Shown piece after piece: positions 1-13,114 of a stretch of 64,000 bases of DNA; positions within the stretch are counted from its first letter, which is position 1; the number at the start of each line of letters is the position of its first letter. Origin of the DNA: Neoconidiobolus thromboides FSU 785 (lineage: Eukaryota > Fungi > Entomophthoromycota); contig MU626302.1 in NCBI GenBank assembly GCA_025603075.1, positions 60,443 to 124,442 of the forward strand. Reading direction: 5' to 3'. A program made the translations under genes and the position numbers. The notes under the pieces were generated by a model. That model saw only the letters and a program-made list of their open reading frames with translations. It ran no database searches and was not told the origin of the DNA.

Positions 1-1253
1 AAGTTTCTTGAGGTTGGCCAGAATAACCCGAAAATTCCGCTAAGATTAATTTATTATCCCCAATAAATAACGGACATGAAGTATATCCATCATAAGTTAA
101 ATAATCTTTTTTATCAGAAATTAATTTTAATAAGTTGTTACTTAATACATAGGACTGAGTAGTAATTGCAGCCGCCGTTTTACTTGTTGGTAAACTAGAT
201 GCATCTCCTAAGGATAATATATTCTTATATTTATTATGAATCAAAGTATATTGATCTACATCTACGTAGCCAGCTTCGTTTGTAACTTCATTATCTTTTA
301 AAAAAGCATAAGGACCCATAGGTGGTGTAATATGAGCAAAATTATACTCTTTATTGATAATTTCATTAGTAGCTAAATTTTTAAATACTAATTCTTTTTC
401 TTTAACTTCAATCAAATCTTGATTATAATTTAATGCTATTTGTTTCTCTTGATTAACTTTTAATAAGGAATTAGCATATTTCTCAATAGCAAAGATTTTC
501 CCAATTCCTGTATGATAAGACAAATTCACTTTATCACGTATATTTTTTTCTCTTAAATAACTATCTGCTAAATAAGCTATTTTTTGTGGTGCTCCAGCAC
601 ACTAAAATTTGAAAGTTAATATCAAGCTTAAACTAATAAATAAATTTGCTTACTTTAATAGGCGTTGAAGGCATTGTAAACACGGCATTTCCTTCATTTA
701 ATTTTTCCAATTGTTCATGAGTTTTACCTACTGTTTCAAATGAATAATTTGAACAAACCCAATCCTTATTTAATGCTTCTTTTAAACCTTTAACTTTATC
801 CCATTTCAATTCAATACCTGGGGCAATAATTAAATAATTATAACTCAGTACATTACCATCTTTTAATGTCACTTTATTATTTTCAGCATCAATTTTTTCA
901 ACGTAATTTTGAATCCATTCCACTCCTTTTGGTATGACTTCTTTAAATGGTTGGTAACTATCTTTGATATTTTTAATACCTGCTCCTACTAAAGTCCATA
1001 ATGGCTGATAATAATGTTGATTATTGGGTTCAATGACACCAATTTCCCCATTACCAAAATGTTTATTTAATTTGGAAGTTACTAATAGTAAAGTTATTAG
1101 GAATTATTTGGGTTTATTATGATTTTTCTTACCTGAAATACCAGCTGTACCACCACCTATAACTAATATTTTATAACTAGATTGTTTTAAACTTTGATTG
1201 ACATGAGTGGCTAAACCACGATAAATTACTCTTTGATAGTTAAAGATACCCAT
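1..1253 (-). CDS. SQOR: Mitochondrial sulfide:quinone oxidoreductase (multi-exon, 3' end runs off window)
   Basis: ATG at 1253. Spliced translation gives MGIFNYQR...ILVIGGGTAGIS (Rossmann GxGxxG), HYYQPLWTLVGAG, FTMPSTPIK, PPMGP, LGDASSLPTSKTAAAI and YDGYTSCPL, all SQR motifs. Short GT-AG introns. Confidence 0.92.
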
Positions 1254-2082
1254 TTATTTTTAGAACTATAATATAATTTTAATGAATAAAAAGTTTGATG
1301 TTATTCTTCTTTTCATATACTATTTATACTATTCTCTTATCCTTCTATTTTTACACTCAGAGTCGGCTTAAAAGATGTTGATACGTAATTGGGAGAAAAT
1401 TAATTGCAAGATTTCAATGTTATTATATACTTTGATCAGCAAGAGTAAATGCTCATTCAATTTGATTAGAATTAATGATGAAATTTCGTGTTTTTATGAA
1501 GTTATTTCAGAGCTAATTTTCGTCATTTTTTGGTATTTTTACTCATTTGAAATTCCCTTGTTTTTAATTATTAGTCAGTGTTAATACAATTATTTAGTTG
1601 TATTGATGAACTCTAGTTATAATTCTAGAATATGTATACTCCTGTATTTATTATTGCTACTAAAATAAATTAAAACTTCAAATTTATTATTACTTTTGTT
1701 ATATGAGTTTACTTAAATCTAAGGTTTAATTTTCTTCCGATTTTGATATTCTATGAAAACTACTACCTTAGATATAAATAATAAAAATAGTCACTTTTTG
1801 CTGAATTTGAGGTACATCCATAATGTAATATTTTTAGTATTTAACGAATAATTTTTTTTCAAAGTTTATGCTAGATAGTGAACAAAATTATGAAATAAAA
1901 TAATATTTTTTAAATAAATTTTGCAAAGTCCAGCCTAAATCATTTTATAAGATTTTATTTTTAAATTTACTCACATTTAAAAGCTTCTTCATTACTTTTA
2001 ATATACTTAATTTAGACTTGCAATTTTTTCTTTGCACAAAAGTTAACTCATCAAAAAAATAGAATTCATTTTTGGCTTTAGA

Positions 2083-3077
2083 ATGTTGAGAAAATTGAAT
2101 CTATTAAAACGAGTACAATTTCAACCACTTGTACAAAAGAGTTTACAAAATACAACTAGAAGTTTAACGACCAATTTAAGGCTCAGTTATAAAAATAATG
2201 ATGATACCACCTCAATAGAACCTGAAGGTAAATAGTTATAAATTAATTTTGAATTCAATGTTAAATCACGAATTTCAGTAATTGCGTTTCCCAATAGCAA
2301 GAGTTTTTCTTCTGAGAGTGGATGGAATAATTCATTTGAAGGGGTAGGCTCTAAACCGTTTGATAAAGAAATCAGTGATATACTTTTAAGTCCTATTGAT
2401 ACTAAAGATATTGAGATTAAACCAGGTAACTCTATTTAAAAATAGGTTTAAATTTCAAAATCTTAACCAAAATTGGTTATTTTTTATTTCGATTATCAAG
2501 ACGGTCTCCTATACCTCCCAGAGATAAAATATCGTCGAATCTTAAATAGAGCTTTTGGACCTGGAGGCAAGTCTATTTTAACATTTTTAAGTAAGCATCA
2601 TTACTAACTCATCCTTTAGGTTGGGGTTTGGTACCTAGAGGGCCATCCACAGTGTCTAGTAAAAATATATCCAGAGAATATGCTTTGATTTGTTTAGGTC
2701 GATTTGTATCTCAAGCTCGTGGGGAACAAGCTTATTTTGATAAAGATGAATTAAGTATGGCTGGTGAAGGTGCTAAATCTAACGCTTTAACTAGATGCTG
2801 TAAGGATATAGGAATTGCTTCTGAATTATGGTGAGTGTTTTTTTAAATTTGGTTTAAGAACAAGTCATAGATTGAACCTTATGATTTAATATATTTAAGT
2901 ATACTAGAATATTAATAGAATTTATTAATTTTTAGGGACCCAGCATTTGTACGTAAATTTAAAGAAGAAAATGCAGAGCAGGTTTGGGTAGAGCATGTAT
3001 CAAGTAAAAAGAAGAGGATCTTATGGAGACTTAAAGGCGGTTTGATTGAGTATCCATTTAAAATTACTACTTATTAA
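2083..3077 (+). CDS. MGM101: Mitochondrial genome maintenance protein Mgm101 (Rad52-type), 5 exons
   Basis: Spliced translation DIEIKP|[23 protein letters not shown]|WGLVPRG...[22 protein letters not shown]|DPAFVRKFK; basic N-terminal presequence; TAA at 3075-3077. Confidence 0.93.
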
Positions 3078-6000
3078 AAGTTTTTAATTTATTTTTGGTT
3101 ATATCTGAATTTATGTTAGTTTAAATAGAAGTTATGTTAATAATATCTTTTATAAGGGTTTTAGTAGGTAATATTATAATCCAAGCGTTTAGACTAAGTA
3201 ATGCATAGTATCTAGCTTAAGTGTTTATTTAATCAAATAGATTAATATTTATTTAATACTTTGAGTATTTTAATTCAATACTATTTATTTAAGCTATTAG
3301 TTTTAAATGTTGTTTTGGATTACAATAAAGTCAGTAATTTATTATATTCATAATACTTTAACAAAGATTTTATTTTTTTAAATTTACTTTCTCACAAAAA
3401 ATGATATATGTTTTCGAAAAGAAGGTTCTCTCGTTTAACATGACGTTGATTAGTTTAAAAATAGATTTTTATTTTCTGCAATAAATTGGTAATTTAAATG
3501 AGTCTAGCTTATAGGCTTGAGTTTTGATTAAAATTCTCACGTTTAACAAAAGAAACAGCATTTATTAAAATAAGAGGATGGGCTTTGAAGATCAATAAGG
3601 GGAGAATCTACCGTATTTGATTAAGTCCAGGTCCAATATTCTGTAGAAGAAAGGTTTGGAAGTAGTAGATCAATTCAAATTTATCACAAAAGAATTGTAA
3701 ATTTTAATAAACTTTTAAATATAACAATTTCTAACAGTCAATTTTATTTTAAAAATAGTCAACAATTCAACCTTAAAAAATAAACTAGAACAAAACTTAA
3801 TTATCCTAAAAAAGAAAAAAATGTAGCAGTTGAGAAAGCTCATATCAAACGGTTATAAAACATGAAGGATAGTTCAAACAAATAAAAGTGACTTGTAATT
3901 TCTACTTCGGAAGTATTCATGTCCGGTTAAACATAATAATAAAAAGTAGTAACTCAAATGCGGTTTCTATTTTTAAAATATTTTGGTGTCATTTTATCCA
4001 AGCGAAAATAAAATAATTTAGTTGTAAAGCGGAAGTATCATTATTTATAACAAGTGACAAGAGGGTTGAGAAATAGTTGAAGTTAAGAAAATAAAATACA
4101 GAAATGTATATAATTGAGGATTTAAAGTATTTTAAATGAATTGAAGATCTAGAATAAAAAGAAATTAGTAAAAAAGAACTTAATAAAATTTGATTAACAG
4201 GAATTAATTTGGGTAGATCATATTTTTTTGTTATAATCTATTAAAAGTAAACACAATGACTTTCAAGATATATCATACTTTGTATCGTATGATTGTTGCT
4301 TCTTAATCAGGTTATAAAGTTTCATTGTACTTGAATGAATGATTATTTATATTCTTTAAGTTATAAATATTATATGGGATTATGGGGTTTATTATTTAGT
4401 ATTCGTGTAGATTTAAAAAAATAAAACACTTATTTTAATATGTTTATCATTAACTATTAATTACTAAACAAAAGTTATACTAAATTAAAGATCCTATAAC
4501 GATGAGTTAAACCTAACAACAATCAAATTAAGACTTTAACTCTCTATGACTATCTCCACATTTCAGTCTAAACTTGATCATTGTAAAACAGTATTAAAAA
4601 ACCGGAATTATCATAAGTTAACTTTCAAGCTTTATTATTTAAAATAAGTAAATAAACAATATCTCGCACCATTAAATTATTCTTTAAGTTATTTCACAGC
4701 TTAGTTAAAAAGTATGACTCGACTTTAACATTCTATTACTCCATGTATTAATTGGGCTATTAGAATGACATAGTTGAATAGATCATATCAGCTTAAAGTT
4801 AGAAATTCAAACAAATTATTATCTCTATATGATATAATAAAGTCATACAATTATTCAACGAATGCTGAGGATACAATATAATATATATTATTAACAATCA
4901 ATTTTCCGAAGGTTAATTAATACAATTGTTATCATTCTTATTAAAAAGTTAGTTCATTCTATAATATTATATTAACTTGGTGATGTATATGTTAAATTAA
5001 AATTTCTTACTATATATGTTATAATCAAAACCTTTTTATTACTCAAAAGTTGTAATACAAAGCTAATACTTAGATGTATTAACTTACACTTTTGGTTAAA
5101 TTTTTGAATATGAAATAAATAGATGGAGTGTGACTGCTTTATAAAGTTAACTCTATGTTGATTTTTAAGTTCTTTATTCAAATAATCTTCCTTTTAATGG
5201 ATTTAAAGAATTTTAATTTATAAATGTTTTAATAATAAATCAATGTTTGTGTAACAAACTTATGCTACATAAAACAATTCGCATATGAGATCGTCTTAGT
5301 TAATTTCTATTTTGTTTATTAAAAAATGGCTTTTTTAATAAAGCTTAATAAAATGTTTAAGGATTGAATCCTTTTGTATTTTTGATTTATGGTGTATGTG
5401 TTCTATTAGTGAACCTCACAATTACTGTTATTCTATATCATACAATAAATTGTTTATTTCATTTTACTTTAATCTATTTCTTTAATTCGTAGTAATCTTA
5501 TGTAATAGATTTACCCCACAACCTTCATTGAGCTAGGTAACTAATGAGATACTCATTAATGCTTTCTACTTATTTTAAACAGTCATTCATTAATCAACTA
5601 ACAATAAATTCAACCAATGAAAATAAGAAATAATCCTTATTAAACGAATTAAATTCATAGTTTTGGGAGAAAATGAGCTACCAAATAAATCGTCGTTAAT
5701 TTGCCATCATTTTTGTAACCAATTATTAATATACAAATTCCTATTTGTAATATTTTAATTTGAGATTATAAATAATTATTTAAAATTAGTTAAACTTAGT
5801 CATCTTCACTCAATATTCTTTTGAAATGATCTCAACTGATTGGATGTACTAATTTGATTAAATTTATCCAATTCTTGTCTAATAACCTTATTCTCATAAC
5901 AATCGCTCATTGTAGGCCAAGCGTAGATTTTAATATTTCCTCATCTATTGCTATTTTTGTAAATAAATCATTTTGATGATGTTAATTTGATAAAATTGTA

Positions 6001-6610
6001 AATTACATGAAACTACTTTTATCCAGATAATTCTATTTTATTGGTCGTTAATTTGGATCAAGTTCAAGACCAGTTTTAGTTACCCTAATTTATCCAATAA
6101 TTAATAATCAACACTATAATGTCATCATGATTGGATAGGGTGAATTTAAGTGCATTATTGCCAAATAAGATTTTGACCCCAGTTCCAACTGCTTAGGTAA
6201 AAAAGTATTTAAAGTCCACTAAAATCCATTCAATTTACTTTCCAGATAAATTTTGATTTCTTTTTTTTGACTCTAATAATTTGTATTTAAAACGTTCTTC
6301 ACCTTAAGGTGCACTGCTAATCAAGCTAATAAGACCCATAAAGTAGTAGAGCTCTATCAATCTCAACTCTCGTCCTACTTACCTCGAATAATTTTTAATT
6401 GCTCTAGTAGCTCTTTGTGTATATTTTAGTTAACCAACAACCCAACCCAGTTTTTTATTCAACAAATTATGTACTCTAAGTTATAATCATTTCTTAATCA
6501 CCACCTTACACCCGCTTGTTATAATTTGAATTTTTTGAGCTACTACAACTTATTTGCTTTCCCAAAACCGTTTTAAATAATATTACTTACTGCTAACAAA
6601 ATTACCCAAC

Positions 6611-7729
6611 ATGACCAAAGAATCAATCAACTTACCATTTTCATTAGAAACTGTTATTTCTAACGAATCGACCAGTTATAAGATTATCGAAGTCCTTGGA
6701 CATGGTACTTACTCTATCGTTTACTTAGTAAAGGATTTATCCACTGGTCTCTTATACGCCCTCAAATGTTTATCTAAACTTAACTTGACACCTGAAATGC
6801 AAGACATTCAATTCGATGAGGTACTTGCTATGAAACAATTGGGTAACCATCAAAACATTGTAAAACTTTATTCTCATTTCGAAACCAATGACTGGCTCTT
6901 CTTGGTTCTTGAATACTGTGAAGGTTCTGATTTATTTAGTTGGATCCTTAAAATCGATGTTGACTCTACTAGTGAAACCGATCGTCTTTTGAATGCTAAA
7001 AATCGTTTTGAACAGATCTTGGAAGCTGCACAATACATGCACAACAACAATGTCTACCATCGTGATCTTAAACCCGAAAATGTACTTTTACTTAAGGATG
7101 GAACAGTCAAGTTAGGCGACTTTGGATTGGCAACATTCGATGATATCTCTGAGGAATTTTATTGTGGTACCAAAGCTTATATGTCTTATGAATGCAATAA
7201 TGAAGAAAATAATACATATTTAGCTGATGCTGCAGATGTTTGGTCTTTAGGTTTAATTTTTATTAATATGGTTTATCGTACACTTCCTTGGAGCGAAGCA
7301 AATATTGATCAATGTAGTAAATTTGCAAGATTTAATTCGGATCCAGTAAATTATTTAATTGAAAAACTTGATTGTTCCTATGAAATCGCTGACTTCCTTG
7401 CTAACCGAGTATTTTGTGAAGAGTCTTCAAGAGTCTCACTAAAAAAATTCAAAGAATGGTTTTCTACCCTCTTTGAAGAAGATGAAGAGCTTTCCGTTTA
7501 TAGTGTTTCTGAGCCAATTTCTATTTCTTTACCAAGTTTGGAACACGATTTATCGTCTTTCAATTCTACTCCTGATAGTTACCTTTCAGAAAGCTTTAAA
7601 CCAACAAGTATTTACTTTAAAGAAATGTTGACCAACGAAAAAGCTAGTAAAAAGGATGCATCCTTAAATCAACATTTTGGTGAAGTGTTTGCCATGCATG
7701 ATCTTTATGAATCTCTTCCACAAGCTTAA
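6611..7729 (+). CDS. Ser/Thr protein kinase, Ran1/Pat1-Sks1/Vhs1-like (intronless)
   Basis: GHGTYS P-loop, YALKCL, YHRDLKPEN, DFGLA, CGTKAYMSYEC, DVWSLG; acidic Ser-rich tail. Subfamily assignment is from motif style. Confidence 0.88.
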   Translation: MTKESINLPFSLETVISNESTSYKIIEVLGHGTYSIVYLVKDLSTGLLYALKCLSKLNLTPEMQDIQFDEVLAMKQLGNHQNIVKLYSHFETNDWLFLVLEYCEGSDLFSWILKIDVDSTSETDRLLNAKNRFEQILEAAQYMHNNNVYHRDLKPENVLLLKDGTVKLGDFGLATFDDISEEFYCGTKAYMSYECNNEENNTYLADAADVWSLGLIFINMVYRTLPWSEANIDQCSKFARFNSDPVNYLIEKLDCSYEIADFLANRVFCEESSRVSLKKFKEWFSTLFEEDEELSVYSVSEPISISLPSLEHDLSSFNSTPDSYLSESFKPTSIYFKEMLTNEKASKKDASLNQHFGEVFAMHDLYESLPQA

Positions 7730-8445
7730 AAATATGACTTTTGTTATGAAATTAGTTTGATAATGAGCCTAATAAAAATTTAAAATTTTGTTTACAAATT
7801 CGTATTTTTTTATTTTTAAAACTATTCTCAAACTAACCAATTAAATCATAATCCTAAGAATACTTAGGAACCTTAAAAAGCAAAATGAGTTTAGGCAAAG
7901 ACTTTAAACAGGTTTAGCCAGCCCATATAAAGTTTAAACTTGAATTATGTTACCCGAAAAACATACTAAAAATACTCGGTTAAAACTCATTAACCAAAAA
8001 GAAAGTATCAATTTCAAAATAATATTAGTAACCGTAATTAATGATAATATATTATCCAATTTATTAAATAAAATAAATGCTAAAAATTAAAAAATGTATA
8101 TATTAATAAAAAATAATATAATTAATAGTCTTCTGAATAAACAAATAAATAAACAAGCAATAGTAAAGCCTTAAACTAAAACTAATTAAACTAGGAATAA
8201 AAAATGTGTAAAAAATACATAATTTCCACCCTCCTAAAATCCTCATCCCATATTTTTTTAAAAAAACTTAATTTGTTCCACTAACCCCTTAAAATAGATC
8301 ATTTTTCAAAAAAAATCATTATTGACTTCCCCACACTACCGACAATTAAATAATAGAAAGGAAACCCTTTTCCTTGTTACTAAAAGTGAACTGAAGCTGG
8401 TCATTAAGCTGATCCTTTATTTTTAACTTTTAACTTCCATATTTA

Positions 8446-9480
8446 GACTAAATGAAAATCGGAGAATGGCGTTGACTGAAGCGTTAAGTAACGATGTTTT
8501 CAATTTTTATATATTCTTTATTTAGTTGTATAGAAGGTGAACGGATGGGGACTTACAATTCGAGTGGAAGTAATGAAAATAACATTACTTGGGTAATCGA
8601 TTCATAATATTGAGAAAAATACTATATATAGTTTAAATTAAATTAGATGATGGCGTTGATGCAACGTTGAATAACAGTGTTACATTAGATTGTTTACTCA
8701 TATCCTTTGTTTAATTGCATGGAAGATGCCCAAAGGTTGCATATTATATATGTGAAATTTGAGAACAAAAATAAAGTTGCTTTATCAAATAGCTATAGAA
8801 TTTGTTTAGAATTTTATACATAAATTAAATTGAACTTAAAATAAATTTAATAGTTGCGTTGATGCAACGTTGAGTAACAAAGTTGCTTAGATTCTTTGTT
8901 TAGACACATAGAAGGTGCACAGATGAAGATTATAATATAAGGTTTTATTAATATATATATAGATTAGTTCATTAAATAATGTTACAACATTCAATTAAAG
9001 ATTTATATTTAGTTTAAATGAAATCGAATGATGGCGTTGATGTATCGTTAAATAACTGAGTTGCATTACCTTTTTTATAATACTTATTTAATTACATGCA
9101 AGATCCTAAAGGTTGCATCTTAAATATATAAGACATAAGGATAAATATAGAGTTGCTTTATTATATAGTTATAAAATTCATGTATAATTATACGTATAAC
9201 TATAAATGTATAACTAATTATACATGAAATTTAATGGTTGCGTTGAATAGCAGTGTTACTTAGATCCTCTATTTAGAAATACGGAAGGCGGATAGGCGAA
9301 GTTTGTAATAAAAAGTTTCTTTAGTATAGATATATTAGTTCATTTAATTAATGTAATGACATTGAATTGAGAAACTTATACCTAGTTTAAATGAAACTTG
9401 AGGATGGGATTGATACAACGTTAAGTAACTGAGTTGCTTGGATCCTTTATTTTTTATCTGTCTGTTTAGAAGAAAGATAG
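8446..9480. repeat. Degenerate tandem array of six ~170-205-bp units with alternating (dimeric) higher-order structure
   Basis: Core (A/G)T(G/T)GCGTTGATGCAACGTT(A/G)A(A/G)TAACnnnGTT(A/G)C recurs at about 8466, 8650, 8853, 9031, 9237 and 9404. Units 2/4 share CATG.AAGAT..C.AAAGGTTGCAT; units 3/5 share TAGTTCATT and TAGTTTAAATGAAA. Confidence 0.85.
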
Positions 9481-9645
9481 ATTCAGAGGTTATGCTTTGT
9501 ATATGCAAGAGTTTGGTGATAAATATTATGATCAATTTTATTCATCCTATCCCATTTTTTATGATACCAAAGTTTGGAATTTTAGTTATTTTTTAACTAT
9601 AATTTTCTCATTCTTTTTAAATTGTTCTTAATATTAAATTTATTA

Positions 9646-9684
9646 AAATTTCAGTAAATAATTTTTCCGAGGTTACTGAAATTT
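9646..9684. promoter_or_regulatory. Perfect 12-bp inverted repeat AAATTTCAGTAA-N15-TTACTGAAATTT, candidate regulatory site
   Basis: Read directly. The ACTGAAATT core recurs at about 9929 and 10007, upstream of the second kinase. Confidence 0.4.
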
Positions 9685-10943
9685 CTAAAAAGTTGCTAGT
9701 TTGGAATGTTCCCAAATAAGATTAATTTATCTCTTATATAATAATTTTGATTAAATAATATAATACATTAAAATCTATTTATACTTAATCATATTTTATT
9801 AAGTAATCATATAAATGATGGTGTTATTTTGTGTAATTATATATAATATTCAATTCTAATATTATGAAAAATATTGGAGTTTAAATACTCTAATTATGAT
9901 ATTCGAGTTAATTTGACCTTAATTTATCACTGAAATTAAGGCGGTGGATAAATTATTTGAATAATTAAAGGTAAAATTAAATCAAACATTATAATTAAAC
10001 CTTCGCAATTTCAGTAACAATTAAAACATTTGAGTTGCACTTATTCTTCAAGAGCAGTAACATAAACGCTAGTCTAATGACCACGGCAACTCCGATGTTA
10101 AAATTCTAGTTAAATAGTGAAATAAAAGATTATTATAAATTATTAGTGTCACCACTTGAAATTTTTTTATAGTTTATTCAAAACTGATTTATTTATTTAT
10201 TACTTTTTAAATACCTATCTAATACCTAATTGATATATATAAAGTAATTGAAGCTAATAATGACCTAAGTTATATAAAAACTCTTATTTTGTAAATAGCA
10301 TAATAGTCCTGGCATAATATAAAACTTACTTTAGTCTCAGATAACTTGGCGATGTAGGGAATAAATTTGATTTAAAGGCTTAAATTGAGCTTCATTTTTT
10401 ATTATTATTTGTAATTATTAGTTGAACTTAGAATAAACTTATCAAAATAATATTAATTTAAATAATGATTTGAAACATCCTTTTATTATTAGAATCTTTA
10501 ATAAAAAGGTATAAATAACAATAAAAGATTGATTTTGAGTTTTTATTCTCTGAAAAAAAAAGAGTTATTACTATTAATTCATTAACGGATATCGTTTATT
10601 GTTGATTTTACTTACCCTTTTGAATTCAATTTTCATTCTATTAGATCAAATTTTAAGTTAAATTTCATTTACTCAAATCTATCAAATCTTTAGCAGTTAT
10701 TTCAATCACAGAATTTACGTAAGAAAAAAGTAAACCTAAAATTAAACCAAGATTACAATTGATTAACGTTCAAATCTAATTTAAACCTCAACAAAACACA
10801 GTGTGGTGATTAAAACATAAGTTTCTAACTAGCCGTAATATTTACAGTATATAAAGAACCACGAGAATTCAATTTAAGATTATTAAATCTATTTTATATA
10901 AGAATAAAAGGCCTTCATTAAACATAGGATAAATTAAATTAGT

Positions 10944-12185
10944 ATGCAAATTAAAATAGGCGCCATCTTATCAAGTAAACCAATCCTTGGTAAAAATAAT
11001 TTACTATCGCCTACCTTAAGTATAATAAAGATATTAGGACGTGGAGTATGTGGGCCAGTATATTTAGCTAAACGTATGGATGGACCCATTGAATACTATG
11101 CAATTAAAATCATTTATAAAAATCAACCAGATACTATTAGAAGGAATAATACAATGTCAAATGAATTATCCCTGCATCAAAAACTACATCATGATAATAT
11201 TATCAAACTAAAATTCAGTATTGAATTAAATGAAGAACAAATCTTAATGGCATTAGAGTATTGTGATGGTGGGGATTTATATGATCATTTGACACAGCCT
11301 AACTATTTTTATCCAAAAGATTGGATTTTATTCAATCTTTCAATTAAAACTCAATTTTTAGATATTCTTAAAGCAGTTCAATATTGTCATTTAAATGGTA
11401 TTTATCATCGAGATATTAAACCAGAAAACATCTTATTAACTAGTAAAAACGAAATCAAATTAGCTGATTTCGGTTTATCTACTAATTTTCCTTACTCTCA
11501 ACAGTATAACTGTGGTTCAGGCTATTATATGGCACCTGAAATTCAACAACAAAATCAAATTTATAAACATTATCCTAAATATAACTGTATTCAAGCAGAC
11601 AAATGGTCTTTAGGAATCTTATTTTTAAATTTATGTTGTGGTAAAAATCCATGGGAATCGGCCAACTATAATGATATTAATTTTATTGAATTCGTCCATA
11701 ATCCTAATTTCTTATTACATTTATTTCCATTATCAAAACTAGGTTTAAAAATCGCTTTATCTTTATTAAAGATTAATCCAGATTCCAGAATTGAATTAGA
11801 TAACTTAATTCAATTAGTTGAAAATACCAATATCTTTGTTTATAATCAAGAAGAATTGGACGAAGATGTAGACAGTTTAACTTCCATTTGCTCTAATTCT
11901 TCTCTTATATCTGAAGCTTCTTACTCCTCTAATGTTACCTTAACTACCACTAATGTTAATACAGTTAAATCAAATTCATCACTTTCCCTCTCTTCTTCTA
12001 CTGAATCATTGATTATTAATGATACTATCAATTTTAATTTATTAGATGATACTACCTTAAATAATCATAAGCTAAAGGAGGGCAATGATAAAGTTAATAA
12101 GAAGGAATTAGATAATAAGAAAGAAGCACAAGATTATAATCAATTGATAAATGACTCTTATCTTTATCTTTCTATGTTTCCCTAA
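10944..12185 (+). CDS. Ser/Thr protein kinase, Ran1/Pat1-like (intronless)
   Basis: GRGVCG P-loop, YAIK, YHRDIKPEN, DFGLS, CGSGYYMAPE, DKWSLG and LNLCCGKNPW (Ran1-family-like motif); Ser-rich tail. Confidence 0.88.
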   Translation: MQIKIGAILSSKPILGKNNLLSPTLSIIKILGRGVCGPVYLAKRMDGPIEYYAIKIIYKNQPDTIRRNNTMSNELSLHQKLHHDNIIKLKFSIELNEEQILMALEYCDGGDLYDHLTQPNYFYPKDWILFNLSIKTQFLDILKAVQYCHLNGIYHRDIKPENILLTSKNEIKLADFGLSTNFPYSQQYNCGSGYYMAPEIQQQNQIYKHYPKYNCIQADKWSLGILFLNLCCGKNPWESANYNDINFIEFVHNPNFLLHLFPLSKLGLKIALSLLKINPDSRIELDNLIQLVENTNIFVYNQEELDEDVDSLTSICSNSSLISEASYSSNVTLTTTNVNTVKSNSSLSLSSSTESLIINDTINFNLLDDTTLNNHKLKEGNDKVNKKELDNKKEAQDYNQLINDSYLYLSMFP

Positions 12186-12843
12186 GTGTATTGTTTACAT
12201 ATGTGTTTTTATAGTTTATTGTGTGTAGTTTATATATTTATTTTTTAAAAATATAAAAAATAAAAAAGTTTTTTCATAGTTTAACTTAGTCTTATTATCC
12301 TTTTGCTATTTTTTGTGCTTTTATTAAATTATGATATTATTTTTATTATGCTGCTATTTCTATTTTTGATAAAGCATATTTAGAATTTCGATTTTATTAA
12401 ATTTCAAGCCAAGTCAAAAAATAAATAGAAATTAAGCTAATTAAATTATAAGCAAAGACATAGATCCAGCCCCATTAAGTTACAAACGTTATTAAAATGA
12501 GAAACTTTTCCATCAAAGTTTAAAAATAGACATTACTTGAAAAAGGCAGTTTGAAGAGTTGATTTCATACCAGTATTTTGTTTACTTTTAGAGTAGCTTA
12601 AAATACAAAATTAAATCACTAAATGCTTCAACAAAATTAAAAAATTTATTTTTATCACTTAATAAATACAATTTATGAAAGTATATAAGTCTTAGTTGGG
12701 ATACTATTACAAATAAGATTGAACAGTTTTATTGAATCCCAAACTTTAAATTGTTAGCAAAAGCTTCTTTCAAACGATATTAACTGATGTCTCTTTTATG
12801 AATAGAATAATTTATCAAAAATCAGAGTTTTATTGCTAAACAA

Positions 12844-12944
12844 ATGAGAGTGTTTTTTTGACTTCATTATTTTTTCCATTTTTTAAGCGCCATTTAAGCG
12901 GAAAATTTGTTAGTAAAATTCTTAAACACAAAAATACATCTCCA
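12844..12944 (+). mobile_element. MITE-like ~100-bp dispersed element, copy 1
   Basis: ATGAGAGTGTTTTTTTG...TTTTTCCATTTTTTAAGCGCCATTTAAGCGGAAAA...AAAAATACATCTCCA; matches the family consensus. Confidence 0.8.
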
Positions 12945-13114
12945 AATGTTCAAAATTTAATTATCATATTTAAAGCCTAATAGTAACACAACAATTCTAT
13001 AAATCAATATTATAACATGTAAATAACAATTAAGTTCTTATTTTATATCTTATCCTTTATTTTCAAATAAAAATAATTTTAATCTAATCCTTTTTGATTC
13101 TTTTCATTTCCAAT

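Noticed and set aside
3570-3880. Possible small gene or pseudogene downstream of MGM101
   Set aside because: Multiple stops in all frames and no recognisable motif.
8243-8335. Additional MITE copy (also partial arms at about 46231 and 49424)
   Set aside because: Similarity is too weak or too short to support by eye in such AT-rich DNA.
8446-9480. CRISPR-like reading of the repeat/spacer array
   Set aside because: Eukaryotic context, repeats are degenerate and ~70 nt, spacers are >100 nt and related in alternation, and there are no cas genes.
9344-9535. 63-aa ORF overlapping the array as a real gene
   Set aside because: Equivalent frames in the other units are interrupted by stops and indels; no recognisable protein.
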